From the NCBI GenBank assembly GCA_963710455.1, contig CAVQAG010000017.1:68064-132063 (forward strand): a stretch of 64,000 nucleotides of DNA, read 5' to 3'. Shown here piece after piece: positions 47,942 to 59,489 of this stretch (within the stretch, counting starts at the first letter, position 1; the number at the start of each line of letters is the position of its first letter). This DNA comes from an uncultured delta proteobacterium. Lineage in GTDB: Bacteria > Desulfobacterota > Binatia > Binatales > Binataceae. Both the position numbers and the translations under genes were made by a program. The notes under the pieces were generated by a model that saw only the letters and a list, made by a program, of their open reading frames with translations, searched no databases and was not told the DNA's origin.

Positions 47942-48183
47942 CCTGATTCCTTCCCTCCTTACAAGTGGCCGACGAACCGCTACCTGGGGTCGTCTCAACA
48001 GTTAGTCACATCCCCAACCGAACTTCCATGCCGGGTCGGTTACGAGGATAACAAATTTTCCACAAGTTGGAAGCCGTTGCCGTCAAGCAATTCTTATATC
48101 TCGAGCTGCTCCAACTCCAGTTCAGCTTGTAGCTAATCCCAAAAGCAGCCGTCGGTCCAATTCGAACCGTGCAAGTGGGCGAA

Positions 48184-49914
<1,731 letters not shown>

Positions 49915-50031
49915 CAGAAAAAATCTCCGTAAAAAAGTTTGGGACTATATGCGCACCAACACGCCAGGCCGAATCGCTGTGGCCGGCTTAAACATAAGCA
50001 TGCTCGCGCGTAATACAACTGGTATCACGCT

Positions 50032-50592
50032 TTGTGCCCGATCAACGAGCGTGCAAGGATATGGTTAGTGACAACGGCTTACTCAAACCTTGGGCCTACG
50101 GTCTCGAACAGGACACAAGATTCATCGGGACCGACGGTACGCCGCACATCCGCGGGGCTGGCGACGCTCCTTGGCGTGGCGATGCTAGCTCCTCTAGTCC
50201 CCGGAACCGGGTCCGCTGGCCTAAGCCCGGTTCACGGAGCGGCGGCTCCGCACGTGGTCCGCGCCGCGCGTGAACATGCGCCGATCACCCGATTAGCCGC
50301 TCTCATCCAGCCGACTCTCGCTCAGGATCAAGATGACGATGACGACGTTGGCGACAGCACCGGCCCCAAGGGCGCATCACCCGACGAAATTCAAAAATAC
50401 GTCGCAGTCTATCGTGCGATGCAGCGCAACCACAGCATCACAGTCGAACAAGCCGCCGCGACTCAGGGAATGAGCTTGGCAGCTTTCCGCGACCTCGAGC
50501 AGCGCATCGAGAACGACGACCTCGCGCGCGACGACGCTCGTCGGGCACTCGCCGGCGAAGCTACGCCCGCAGCGACCCCGAAGGCACGCTAA
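50032..50592 (+). CDS. Hypothetical exported protein (start uncertain; C-terminus loosely DUF4168-like)
   Basis: Hydrophobic segment, acidic DQDDDDD stretch, helical C-terminus QGMSLAAFRDLEQRI. Confidence 0.55.
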   Translation: MCPINERARIWLVTTAYSNLGPTVSNRTQDSSGPTVRRTSAGLATLLGVAMLAPLVPGTGSAGLSPVHGAAAPHVVRAAREHAPITRLAALIQPTLAQDQDDDDDVGDSTGPKGASPDEIQKYVAVYRAMQRNHSITVEQAAATQGMSLAAFRDLEQRIENDDLARDDARRALAGEATPAATPKAR

Positions 50593-50626
50593 GCTAATAC
50601 CTTCGGCAATCGTGCTGATCCAAGCG

Positions 50627-50658
50627 CGGCGGAAGAGGCGCGAGATCCTCCTCCGCCG
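50627..50658. terminator. Hairpin between convergent genes
   Basis: CGGCGGAAGAGG-N8-CCTCCTCCGCCG. Confidence 0.45.
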
Positions 50659-50682
50659 GGCACTGATCGCGATTTCCTATCG

Positions 50683-50964
50683 TTACTTCGTAACCGAAGA
50701 GGCGAATTCCGCTTCGAGGCGAGCCACCGCGTCGTTGGCGCGCTTGACTGAGTCCTCTGCGCCAGCAGCAGCTTCCTGGGCGCCCTTAGCCGACTGGGCC
50801 GCCTGGTTGGCCGAGTTCTGCGCGTTGGTCGCCGCAGTGGAAGCCTGCTGGGCACTGCTCTCAGCCTGCGAAGTCGCTTGATCGATCTGCGTCTGGTAAC
50901 TGCATCCGGCGGCAAATATCCCACCGAGCGCTAACATCCCGAGCACACTCGCCAACTTCTTCAT
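50683..50964 (-). CDS. Lpp/OprI-like alanine-zipper lipoprotein
   Basis: AGGAGG RBS, lipobox AAGC, Ala-rich coiled coil, RAN motif, C-terminal Lys. Confidence 0.8.
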   Translation of the reverse strand: MKKLASVLGMLALGGIFAAGCSYQTQIDQATSQAESSAQQASTAATNAQNSANQAAQSAKGAQEAAAGAEDSVKRANDAVARLEAEFASSVTK

Positions 50965-51173
50965 CCGAACCACCTCCTGCTAAACCGGTAAATCGGTTCC
51001 AATATGTAAGAGCAATCTGACCGCCGCGCGCGTCGGCGCGGATCCTCTTTCCACCGCAAAATTGCGCTCATCGTTACAAATCAATCTGGTCAAGGCAAGC
51101 CGCAATCTGTCGAGGGAGGACGCGCGAGGCAGGATAATCCGTTTGCGACGACCAGCCGGTTGACATCCAAAAC

Positions 51174-52010
51174 TTGCGATGGGTATCGTTCAGTTCGAAT
51201 TCCTGGTCCATTTTCAGCAAACACTTTTGGCCGACTCCGCCCACGTTCGTGTCGACAGATAGCATTAGCGAAGAAAAAAGCCGGGTTGAGACGGCAAAAG
51301 CGGCAATTGACGCGAACGCCGCAGACGCCCCTCCCGCTCGCGGACCGGCCACACCTGATCGGGGACCCTTGATGATGACCTCGATTCCGGGTGGCGGCGA
51401 GACTGCCTTGCCCGGACCGCTGGAGGAAAAACACTTCGCCGGCGAGATGGAGGGCAACTTCGAAGAAGCGCTCATAAGGGTCGAGCCGAGCGGCCCCGCG
51501 GGCCGGCGGCGCAGTCATCGCAGCATCTGGGGATCGCTTGTCAGACTCGTCGGGCTCGACCGTCTGCGCGGCCCGGCCACCCGTGCCGACAGGCACGTCG
51601 CCTTCGACGGCTTCAGCAATCCTATGCACGATGAAAAAATCGAGCGCGACCGCCGTTACGGCACCGTCTATACGGTCGTCGAACACGCCAACGCGTACCT
51701 GGTCGCGATCGAGATGCCACGGCGAATCCCGAACTCCTCGCTCAAGGAACTATGGAAGCTGCCCGACGAGATGCCCGATTACGATTACACCGTCACCCTG
51801 CATGAGAGGGTACTCTCCGTGCGGGCGGGAGTGCGCGGGGAAGCGATGCGGCGGCTGTCGTATATATCGGCGTCGTTTCCCTCGGACTTCCTGACCCGGA
51901 TAGAATTCGACCAGCCGGTCGCGTCTTTTAAGCATCGCCTGTACAACAAGGTGCTCGAGATAGTCGTCTTCAAGACCGCCTGCTCCGATACCATCAGCCG
52001 GGTTGCCTAG
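51174..52010 (+). CDS. Hypothetical protein with Hsp20/alpha-crystallin-like C-terminal pattern (start uncertain, possibly ~51372)
   Basis: EHANAYLVAIEMP...YTVTLHERVLSVRA...FLTRIEF...YNKVLEIVVFK. Confidence 0.55.
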   Translation: MRWVSFSSNSWSIFSKHFWPTPPTFVSTDSISEEKSRVETAKAAIDANAADAPPARGPATPDRGPLMMTSIPGGGETALPGPLEEKHFAGEMEGNFEEALIRVEPSGPAGRRRSHRSIWGSLVRLVGLDRLRGPATRADRHVAFDGFSNPMHDEKIERDRRYGTVYTVVEHANAYLVAIEMPRRIPNSSLKELWKLPDEMPDYDYTVTLHERVLSVRAGVRGEAMRRLSYISASFPSDFLTRIEFDQPVASFKHRLYNKVLEIVVFKTACSDTISRVA

Positions 52011-52067
52011 GTCGACTGGGGAACGGCCTTGGTGGAGAATATGCGGGCCGACGCGCAAAGGCGGCCA

Positions 52068-52562
52068 ATGAGAACCAACTTGAGAGAAGCCACCGTGCGC
52101 GATTTGCCGCGCATCCTGGAGATCGAGCGGCTGGCGTTCCCGGAGCCGTGGAGCCTCGAATCCTTCAAGCGCGAACTGATGCTGCCGTTTTCGCGGCTCG
52201 TAGTGGCGGCGGAAGCGGAGGCTGTACAGTGTTCGCGCGCCGACCCCTCAGGTCAACCCGCGGGCTTTCTTTGCCGATGGCTCGTCGCGGACGAGTGCCA
52301 TGTCCTCAATGTCGCGGTACATCCAACGCTCCGGCGCGGAGGAATCGGGATGGCGTTGATGGCGGAAACGATAGACGAAGCAAAGGCGAAAAAAAGTCGC
52401 CTGGTGACGCTTGAAGTGCGTCGCTCGAACGTCGCCGCCCGAAGTCTGTACCGCAAATTGAGCTTTGAAGAACGACGTTTGAGAACTAACTACTATGGAC
52501 CTGGCGAAGACGCCATCGTGATGGAACTGCATCTGGACAGCGCCCGCCGTCTCCATCAATAG
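52068..52562 (+). CDS. rimI: Ribosomal-protein-alanine N-acetyltransferase (GNAT)
   Basis: IERLAFPEPWS, HVLNVAVHP, RRGGIG, LEVRRSN, NYY, EDAIVM. Confidence 0.88.
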   Translation: MRTNLREATVRDLPRILEIERLAFPEPWSLESFKRELMLPFSRLVVAAEAEAVQCSRADPSGQPAGFLCRWLVADECHVLNVAVHPTLRRGGIGMALMAETIDEAKAKKSRLVTLEVRRSNVAARSLYRKLSFEERRLRTNYYGPGEDAIVMELHLDSARRLHQ

Positions 52563-52621
52563 CCCTCGATTGTACCCGGAACTGGGAATTATCCGCCGAT
52601 TAACGATGGGATTCGGCGGGG

Positions 52622-52650
52622 TTACAAAACCCTACTGATTGTGTCATAAT
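52622..52650 (+). promoter_or_regulatory. Candidate sigma70 promoter for carD
   Basis: TTACAA-N17-CATAAT with TGn extended -10. Confidence 0.4.
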
Positions 52651-52746
52651 GTTTTTGTTGAGCCAGCGCTGATCGGCCTGTAGTGAACCGTCGTCACTAA
52701 CCGGGACCGAAATCCATAACGCCTAGCGGCTCGTGAAAGTGCATAC

Positions 52747-53244
52747 ATGATGAATCTGCCGTTCAAAAAGGGCGAAAAGGTGGTCTATCCGGCCCATGGT
52801 GTTGCGGTCATCGAGGATATCCAGAGCCGCGTCATTTCCGGAACTGAACGCCGGTTTTACATGCTTAAAATTCTGGGAACCGAGAAGATGACCATCATGA
52901 TCCCGACCGAGAATGTAACCCAGGTCGGGCTGCGCCGCGTGATCGGAAAGGACGTGGTCGACAAAATCTACCGGATTTTGCGCACGCGCAAAGTCGATGC
53001 TGACACGCAGACCTGGAATCGTCGCTATCGCGAGTACACCGAGAAGATTAAGACCGGTTCGCCGCTGGAGATCGCCAAGGTCCTGCGCGATCTGTTGGTG
53101 CTCAAGGGCGACAAGGAGTTGTCGTTCGGTGAGCGCAAGATGCTCGATACGGCGCGCAGCTTGCTGGTCAAGGAACTCTCGATCGCCAAGGCTCATCCAG
53201 AAGAGAAGATCATGGAAGAGCTGAAGGTCATGTTTGCCAATTAG
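52747..53244 (+). CDS. carD: CarD/CdnL RNA-polymerase-binding regulator
   Basis: VVYPAHGVAVI, VGLR, WNRRYR, KELSFGERKML. Confidence 0.93.
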   Translation: MMNLPFKKGEKVVYPAHGVAVIEDIQSRVISGTERRFYMLKILGTEKMTIMIPTENVTQVGLRRVIGKDVVDKIYRILRTRKVDADTQTWNRRYREYTEKIKTGSPLEIAKVLRDLLVLKGDKELSFGERKMLDTARSLLVKELSIAKAHPEEKIMEELKVMFAN

Positions 53245-53283
53245 ATCCGCCCGCCAGATCGCCAAACGCTAATGGAACGCGGA

Positions 53284-53314
53284 GGGATCGGAAGCAATTC
53301 CGGTCCCTTTTTTT
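53284..53314 (+). terminator. Intrinsic terminator after carD
   Basis: GGGATCGGAA-GCAA-TTCCGGTCCC followed by a T7 tract. Confidence 0.8.
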
Positions 53315-53334
53315 CTTTTCTGCTTTCTTGCTCC

Positions 53335-54744
53335 GGGATTGCCCACTCCGCTGTTGATTTTGAGTGGCGGCTCGATAGTCATTTAGGCTGCCTGGGTTCG
53401 ATTATCAACTCCAGGTGCACGATCGATCACGGCGTCGCGCTTATGAAGCGCGGCGGCCAGTCTCGGCAATGCGCGATACCCGGCGACCTTGCGGAAGTGA
53501 CGCTCGGCTTCGAGCACACCTGCGGCGATCCAGCGCAGGATCATGGTTCCGCCCTGCCAGCATTTGACCCGCCGCGCAACCTCGCGGACCCGGCTGAACA
53601 AGTTTTCGATCAAGTTGGTCGAGGACAGTACCCGTTCCAGCGTCTCGGATAGGTGCAGCGCCATCACTGTCAGGGTCTCGTCCACTCCTTCCCGCAACGA
53701 AGCTGCTGCGCCCGGATGAGCCGATTCCAACTTGTGCGCAAGATTCTCGAGCAGTCGGCGGGCGCGCTTCGGATCGCCAGTCGCATACGCCTGGTTCATC
53801 GCGGTCCGAACCGAAGCTCGCATCCTTTCGGGCAGCGCGTCGGTGACGTTGCGCTTCTTGTGCGCCTGGCAGCGCTGGATCAGCGCGCGCTCGCCGAAGG
53901 TGTCGAGGGCCGCCCGGCGCAAGGCCTTGGCTCCGTCGATCACCACCAGCAGGGCACGATTGGGGTTGAGCCCTCGTTCGATCAGATCTTCCAGCAGCGC
54001 CTTGCAGGCAGCCGCGTTCTCGGTCGCGCCTTCGCGCAGTCCCAGCGGATGTTTTTCGCCATCGACATCGATGCCGACTGCAGCCAGCACCACATGGTCG
54101 GCGAAGTGCACTCCGTCGATCAGCAACGCCACCAGCCTGAGTCTACTCAGATCGCGTTGCATCAGTTCGGCCAGCCGACGTTGGGTACCGACCACGAACC
54201 GCCCGCTGACCGCGCTCTTGCTGATGCCGCGAACCTCAACCTCCTGCGGTAACGGTTCCAGCGAGCGCGCGTAACGTCGGGTCGAGACTCCCAGGACCAT
54301 CTGCTCGTATGCACGTTCATCGAGCGGATCGTGCGAACTCCACGCCTGCCAGCTCGGCAAGCGCAGTTCGTGGCCATCGGTACTGCGAGCACGCGGACGC
54401 CGCAGCTCGACTCGCCGCCCGCCCAGCACCAGCGAGCTCGGCACGTGGCCGGCGCGCACTGCTTGCCGATGCTCCTGATGCGCATAGCGCTCACCACACA
54501 ACGCCGTCCGCTCCGCTTCCAGTTCATCCTGCACGAAGCCGAACCCCGACAGGATAACGCTATCCCACAGCGCCTCGCGCGCGAACCCGCGAAACGGAAA
54601 CCGCATCTGTCCCGCTGCGCTTTGCTCTTCGTCCCGCTTCTTGCCAGTCTTTCTCACGGCGGCTTTCCTCCTTACTGCAACCCGATCTTTCGATCGGGCG
54701 AGGTCTGCCGCCACTCAAAAATCAACAACCCTCAGGACATCTCC
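53335..54744 (-). mobile_element. IS256-family insertion sequence (1410 bp)
   Basis: Imperfect 37-38 bp terminal IRs sharing TGTTGATTTT(T)GAGTGGCGGC, both starting GG. 9 bp direct repeat TCTTGCTCC at 53326-53334 and 54745-54753. Confidence 0.92.
53383..54657 (-). CDS. IS256-family (Mutator-like) DDE transposase
   Basis: GVSTR, SKSAVS, LIDG, VIDG, RCQAHKKRN, STNLIE. AAGGAGG RBS before GTG at 54657. Confidence 0.93.
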   Translation of the reverse strand: MRKTGKKRDEEQSAAGQMRFPFRGFAREALWDSVILSGFGFVQDELEAERTALCGERYAHQEHRQAVRAGHVPSSLVLGGRRVELRRPRARSTDGHELRLPSWQAWSSHDPLDERAYEQMVLGVSTRRYARSLEPLPQEVEVRGISKSAVSGRFVVGTQRRLAELMQRDLSRLRLVALLIDGVHFADHVVLAAVGIDVDGEKHPLGLREGATENAAACKALLEDLIERGLNPNRALLVVIDGAKALRRAALDTFGERALIQRCQAHKKRNVTDALPERMRASVRTAMNQAYATGDPKRARRLLENLAHKLESAHPGAAASLREGVDETLTVMALHLSETLERVLSSTNLIENLFSRVREVARRVKCWQGGTMILRWIAAGVLEAERHFRKVAGYRALPRLAAALHKRDAVIDRAPGVDNRTQAA

Positions 54745-54872
54745 TCTTGCTCCCCTGAATTTGGCCCTGATATTTTGACCGCGCGCTTTGCCCCCGCTCC
54801 CGGCGCCCGATACGCTCGACAATGCCGGCGGCAACCGGCTTCCCCCCTTGGCCGCCGCGGAATCCTGATGCG

Positions 54873-55562
54873 ATGTTATCCTCGGCCATTATAGTCGCCG
54901 CCGGGAGCGGGATACGGCTTAAGCTGGATGCGCCGAAGGCGTTCGTGCCACTGGGCGGAAAGCCTTTGCTTCATTACTCGCTGCGCGCGATCGCGGCCCT
55001 CGAGCAGATCGGTGAGGCGATAGTGACGGTGCCGGCCGGGATGGAGCGGCGGGCGCGCGCGGAAGTCGATCGCGCGGGGCTCGAAATTCCGGTCAAGCTG
55101 GTCGTGGGTGGCGCCAAGCGTCAGGATTCGGTGCGGATCGCGCTGAGGTTTACCAGCGCGGAGAGCGAAGTCGTAGTGGTGCACGACGCGGCGCGCCCGT
55201 TCGCGAGTTCAGCGTTGTTCGCCGCCTGTATCGACGGAGCGCGGCGGGCCGGGGGAGCAATCGCCGCGATTGCGGTCGCCGATACGCTCAAGCGCGTCGG
55301 GAGCCGCACGATCACGGCGACGGTTGCGCGCGAGGGATTGTGGCAGGCGCAAACGCCGCAGGCGTTTCGGCGCGCGATGCTGGTGGAGGCGCATGATCGC
55401 GCGACGCGCGAGCGATGGGCCGCGACCGACGACGCCGAATTGATCGAGCGATGCGGCGGGCGGGTCGAGGTGGTCGAAGGCTCGGCCACCAATCTGAAGA
55501 TCACCACGCCGGCCGACCTCGAAATCGCCGAAGCGCTCGCCACACGAATCTTTGGCGGCTAG
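54873..55562 (+). CDS. ispD: 2-C-methyl-D-erythritol 4-phosphate cytidylyltransferase
   Basis: AAGSGIR, PKAF, GGAKRQDSV, HDAARP, QTPQ, TDD, NLKITT. Confidence 0.93.
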   Translation: MLSSAIIVAAGSGIRLKLDAPKAFVPLGGKPLLHYSLRAIAALEQIGEAIVTVPAGMERRARAEVDRAGLEIPVKLVVGGAKRQDSVRIALRFTSAESEVVVVHDAARPFASSALFAACIDGARRAGGAIAAIAVADTLKRVGSRTITATVAREGLWQAQTPQAFRRAMLVEAHDRATRERWAATDDAELIERCGGRVEVVEGSATNLKITTPADLEIAEALATRIFGG

Positions 55563-55611
55563 AAAAACTTGGCCTGCTAGTGCGGGCTAAGGCTGTTGGT
55601 GAACGACCTTC

Positions 55612-56475
55612 TCAGCGAGCGCCGGGAGATGCGGCTGAAGCAGCGGGAGCCGCCGCGGCAACGCCCTCATTGAGCGAGCCCGAACGAAAGCCCTTCAGAT
55701 CGACCGTCACGAAACGAAAGCCGAGCTTGCGCAGCTCGCGGTCGATGCGCTCGCGCATTGCCGGCTCGAGCAGCCGCGCGATCTCCGCCTGCTCGACCTC
55801 CAGCCGCGCGACCTCGCCATGATAGCGCACGCGCGCGACCCGAAAGCCCATCGCGTGCAACAGCCGCTCGCCGCGCTCGACCTGTTCGAGCCCCTCAAGC
55901 GTGATCCGCGTCCCGTAAGGAAACCGCGACGATAGACAAGGCGAGGCCGGCAGATCCCAGGTCGGCAGCCCCAGCGCGTGCGACAGTTCGCGAATTTCGG
56001 CCTTGGTCAAATCGGCCTCGACCAGCGGATGGCGCACCCGCTTTTCGCCGGCGGCTTTGATTCCGGGACGATAGTCATGCAGGTCGTCCAGGTTGAGCCC
56101 GTCGACGATCTCCTCAATTCCGAGTTCCGAGGCTTTAGCCTCGCAGACCGAGAACAGGTTGTGCTTGCACAGGTAGCATCGGTTGAGCGGGTTCTCAGCG
56201 TAACCGGGAACATCGAGCTCGTTGGAATCGACGACCAGGTGGCGCGCACCGAGCGCTTGCGCCATCTCCAGCGCCGAGCGCCGGTCGTCATCGGGCATCG
56301 TCGGCGAAGTGGTGGTGAGCGCGAGCACCCGTTCGTATAGAGTGTCATGGGCGACTCGCAGGACGAAAGTCGAATCGACTCCGCCCGAGAAGGCGACCAT
56401 CACCGAGCGCATCGGCGCGAAAATCCCACGCAGCCGTTCGAGCTTGAGCGAAAGCCCCGAGTCCAGCGCGCTCAT
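55612..56475 (-). CDS. larE: LarE-family ATP-dependent sulfur transferase (PP-loop)
   Basis: [32 protein letters not shown]; ATGA overlap with the cysK stop. Confidence 0.85.
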   Translation of the reverse strand: MSALDSGLSLKLERLRGIFAPMRSVMVAFSGGVDSTFVLRVAHDTLYERVLALTTTSPTMPDDDRRSALEMAQALGARHLVVDSNELDVPGYAENPLNRCYLCKHNLFSVCEAKASELGIEEIVDGLNLDDLHDYRPGIKAAGEKRVRHPLVEADLTKAEIRELSHALGLPTWDLPASPCLSSRFPYGTRITLEGLEQVERGERLLHAMGFRVARVRYHGEVARLEVEQAEIARLLEPAMRERIDRELRKLGFRFVTVDLKGFRSGSLNEGVAAAAPAASAASPGAR

Positions 56476-57407
56476 ATACCCTCGGCCTGGAAGAGATCCG
56501 TCGTCAGGTAGCGCTCTCCGGTGTCGCAGAAAACCGTGGCGACTACCTTGCCGCGGCCCAGACGCTTTGCGATCTGCAACGCCGCGCAGCACGCCGCACC
56601 CGAGGAAATTCCAACCAGCAGACCCTCTTCGCGGGCAAGGCGGCGCGAATGAAGCGTCGCCTCCTCGTCGCTCACCGCGATGATTTCATCGTAAACGCTG
56701 GTGTCGAGATTTTCCGGCACGAAGCCGGCGCCGATTCCCTGGATTTTGTGAAAGCCGGCCTCGCCGCCTGAGAGCACCGGAGAATTTTTCGGCTCGACTG
56801 CCACGATCAGCGGGCGGCCGCCGCAATGCTCGCGCAAATAGCGCCCGACGCCGGTGATCGTGCCGCCCGTGCCGACCCCGGCTACGAATGCGTCGATACG
56901 CTCGAGCTGGCCGGCCAATTCGGGGCCAGTCGTCGCGTAATGAACCTCGGGATTGGCGTGGTTTCTGAACTGCTGCGGCATGAAGTAGCCCGGGTTGTCT
57001 CGGACGAGCTCCTGCGCCTTGGCGATCGCGCCATGCATCCCGCGCGTGTCTGGAGTGAGCACCAGGCGGGCGCCATACGCCGCCAGCAGCGAGCGCCGCT
57101 CCTCGCTCATCGTATCGGGCATCGTCAGGATCAACTGGTAACCCTTCACGGCGGCTACCAGCGCGAGCCCGATCCCCGTGTTGCCCGAGGTCGGTTCCAC
57201 GATAGTTTCACCGGGTTTGAGCCGGCCCTCGCGCTCCGCCGCCTCGACCATCGCGACGCAGATTCGGTCTTTGACGCTGCCGCCGGGGTTAAAACTCTCG
57301 AGCTTGGCCCATATTTCGGCGTCATCCTTACCCGGCAGGCGATTGAGCCGCACCACGGGGGTGTGACCGATAAGTTCGAGCGGAGAGCGCGCCACGCTGT
57401 TCGGCAT
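56472..57407 (-). CDS. cysK: Cysteine synthase A
   Basis: [46 protein letters not shown]. Confidence 0.92.
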   Translation of the reverse strand: MPNSVARSPLELIGHTPVVRLNRLPGKDDAEIWAKLESFNPGGSVKDRICVAMVEAAEREGRLKPGETIVEPTSGNTGIGLALVAAVKGYQLILTMPDTMSEERRSLLAAYGARLVLTPDTRGMHGAIAKAQELVRDNPGYFMPQQFRNHANPEVHYATTGPELAGQLERIDAFVAGVGTGGTITGVGRYLREHCGGRPLIVAVEPKNSPVLSGGEAGFHKIQGIGAGFVPENLDTSVYDEIIAVSDEEATLHSRRLAREEGLLVGISSGAACCAALQIAKRLGRGKVVATVFCDTGERYLTTDLFQAEGI

Positions 57408-57465
57408 GAAGTAATTTTAGCCGTATTGGCTCCCGTTTTGCGACCACTTATGTGATACGTACGCG

Positions 57466-58437
57466 ATGCTGTCGGCGACACCGGACCGAGTCGCGCGAAG
57501 TGAGTGCGTGCTGGTGATTTTTCCGGGCGCACTCGGCGACCTTATATGTCTTGGGCCGGCGCTGCGCGCGCTCGCACGGCGCCATCGTAACGCGGCGCTC
57601 GAGCTGATGGCGCGCGAGGAACTGGCGCGCTTCGCCGTAGATCGTATTGGTATTTCGCGTAACCGCATCGCGCGCAGCCACTCTATCGACCGGCGCGAGG
57701 TCGCCGCGCTATTCGCAGAAAATCCCGATAAAACTCAGGCTGGGCGTTTTTTTCGTCCATTCACGCACATCTATTCGTTCTTCGCCTCCGACGACGCCCG
57801 CTTTCGCCGCGCGCTCGAAGCTGCCGCCCCATCCGCAGTCGTCAGCTTCCACGCCTTTCGTCCCGCGTTCCCGGGCCACGTTGCCGCCGGCTATCTCGAC
57901 CAGATTGGAGAGGGCGGCGAGCCGCTCCAGGAACATCTCGATGCGCATATAGAAGTGCTCGCGGGCGACATCGCTGAAGCGAAGCAGGCACTGGTCCGAC
58001 TCGGCCTTGGTGATACGCGGGTCGTGCTGCTTTTTCCGGGGAGCGGGAGCCGGGACAAGAATTGGCCGGCGGAGAATTTCGCCGCGCTGGCGGACGCACT
58101 CCCGCCGCCGTTGCGAGCGCTCGTGGTGCTGGGGCCTGCGGAGAACGCGCTTGAGCCGCTGTTCATCACGCGCGGGATTGCGCGGCTCCGCGATCAACCG
58201 CTTAGTATAGTGGCAGGGCTGGCGCGTCTCGCGACAGGCTTCGTCGGCAACGATTCCGGTGTATCTCACCTAGCAGCCGCCGCCGGAGCGCCCGGGGTCG
58301 TGATCTTCGGGCCCACAGAGCCGGATCGATGGCGTCCGCTGGGGCGGGTCAGCGTTGTTCGGGTTGCTAAGCTCGGCGAGCTGACGCCTGCAGAGGTAGC
58401 CGCGGCAGTTAAGTACAGGTTAAGCGGGACATCGTAA
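57466..58437 (+). CDS. Glycosyltransferase family 9 (heptosyltransferase-like)
   Basis: GALGD, PGSGSxxKNWP, GNDSGVSHLAAA, FGPT. Confidence 0.88.
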   Translation: MLSATPDRVARSECVLVIFPGALGDLICLGPALRALARRHRNAALELMAREELARFAVDRIGISRNRIARSHSIDRREVAALFAENPDKTQAGRFFRPFTHIYSFFASDDARFRRALEAAAPSAVVSFHAFRPAFPGHVAAGYLDQIGEGGEPLQEHLDAHIEVLAGDIAEAKQALVRLGLGDTRVVLLFPGSGSRDKNWPAENFAALADALPPPLRALVVLGPAENALEPLFITRGIARLRDQPLSIVAGLARLATGFVGNDSGVSHLAAAAGAPGVVIFGPTEPDRWRPLGRVSVVRVAKLGELTPAEVAAAVKYRLSGTS

Positions 58438-58586
58438 ACAAACGGCTATCGGACTTACCTGCTCTTCGCCCGCCCAAGTCGATGGGGTATCTTTCACCGA
58501 GCGGCGTCGGGCACACGATGAGTTGTCCCTCGGAAGATTCAATGGATATCGTCGCTAAACATTAAACACCCAAATGGTTAGATTCG

Positions 58587-59222
58587 ATGCATCTTGTTTT
58601 TGGACATCAGACTGGAAGAGTTCTGCAGAAGCTGGATAATCTCCTGTGGGAGCGCCGACTTCGGATCACGACTAGAGCAACGTACAAGACCAGAGACGGC
58701 ATACAATCCGTTCCTGCGGAACGCCACTATTATGGGACGGTATCGTATCGCGCGATTTTTAAAATACTGAGTTTCTTATCGCTGAAGCCCACCGATGTAT
58801 TCGTGGATCTCGGCTGCGGCAAAGGCCGTGTAGTCTGTTGCGCCGCAACTTACGACATAGCCGAAGCAATTGGAATAGAATACCTAGATACCCTTTGCGA
58901 CCAGGCGCGCCACAATGCAGAACAGATGCGCGGAAGGCGGACTCCGGTATCGATAGTGTGCTCCAAGGCTGAGGAGTTCCATTTCACGCGCGGCAATGTA
59001 TTTTACTTATTCAACCCCTTCGGGCCCGCAACGTTGAAGCAGGTCCTCGACAAGATTCAGGATGGAATAAAGACCCAGCCGCGCGAAGTTACTATTACAT
59101 ACGTCAATCCCGTTCACGAAAACGTTCTGGCCGGTATGTCCTGGCTGAGGTGCCGCGCAAGGTTGCCTGATCCGGACTTATCAGAATTCGGAGCGACGTC
59201 CTTCTGGAGCCCGTGCCGATAA
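58587..59222 (+). CDS. Class I SAM-dependent methyltransferase (DOT1-like motif set)
   Basis: FVDLGCGKGR, GIE, YLFNPF, YVNP; visibly lower GC. Confidence 0.8.
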   Translation: MHLVFGHQTGRVLQKLDNLLWERRLRITTRATYKTRDGIQSVPAERHYYGTVSYRAIFKILSFLSLKPTDVFVDLGCGKGRVVCCAATYDIAEAIGIEYLDTLCDQARHNAEQMRGRRTPVSIVCSKAEEFHFTRGNVFYLFNPFGPATLKQVLDKIQDGIKTQPREVTITYVNPVHENVLAGMSWLRCRARLPDPDLSEFGATSFWSPCR

Positions 59223-59489
59223 AGGCATTCCTACGTCTTTCAAGCGGAACGTCAATCGTCTCCAAACCGTTATTTATTCCGTAGCGGATGGATTCCGTTG
59301 CCGCAGGCTACCGCAAGGACCATCGGTCGGAAGTTGCCTGGCCTCCGCAAAATCGATCCGCTTGGCGTATATGGCCAGTTGCATTTGAAAACTAAAACCG
59401 GAACTCTCCAAAGCAACGATTCGTAGGCCGATTCGGGCGGTGGAAGGAGCGTTTGATGCTTCCCCGAAGGCGGAGCTGGATGGGGAGGG

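Noticed and set aside
49915-50031. CIRCE element or groES upstream of groEL
   Set aside because: No TTAGCACTC-N9-GAGTGCTAA and no room for a groES ORF.
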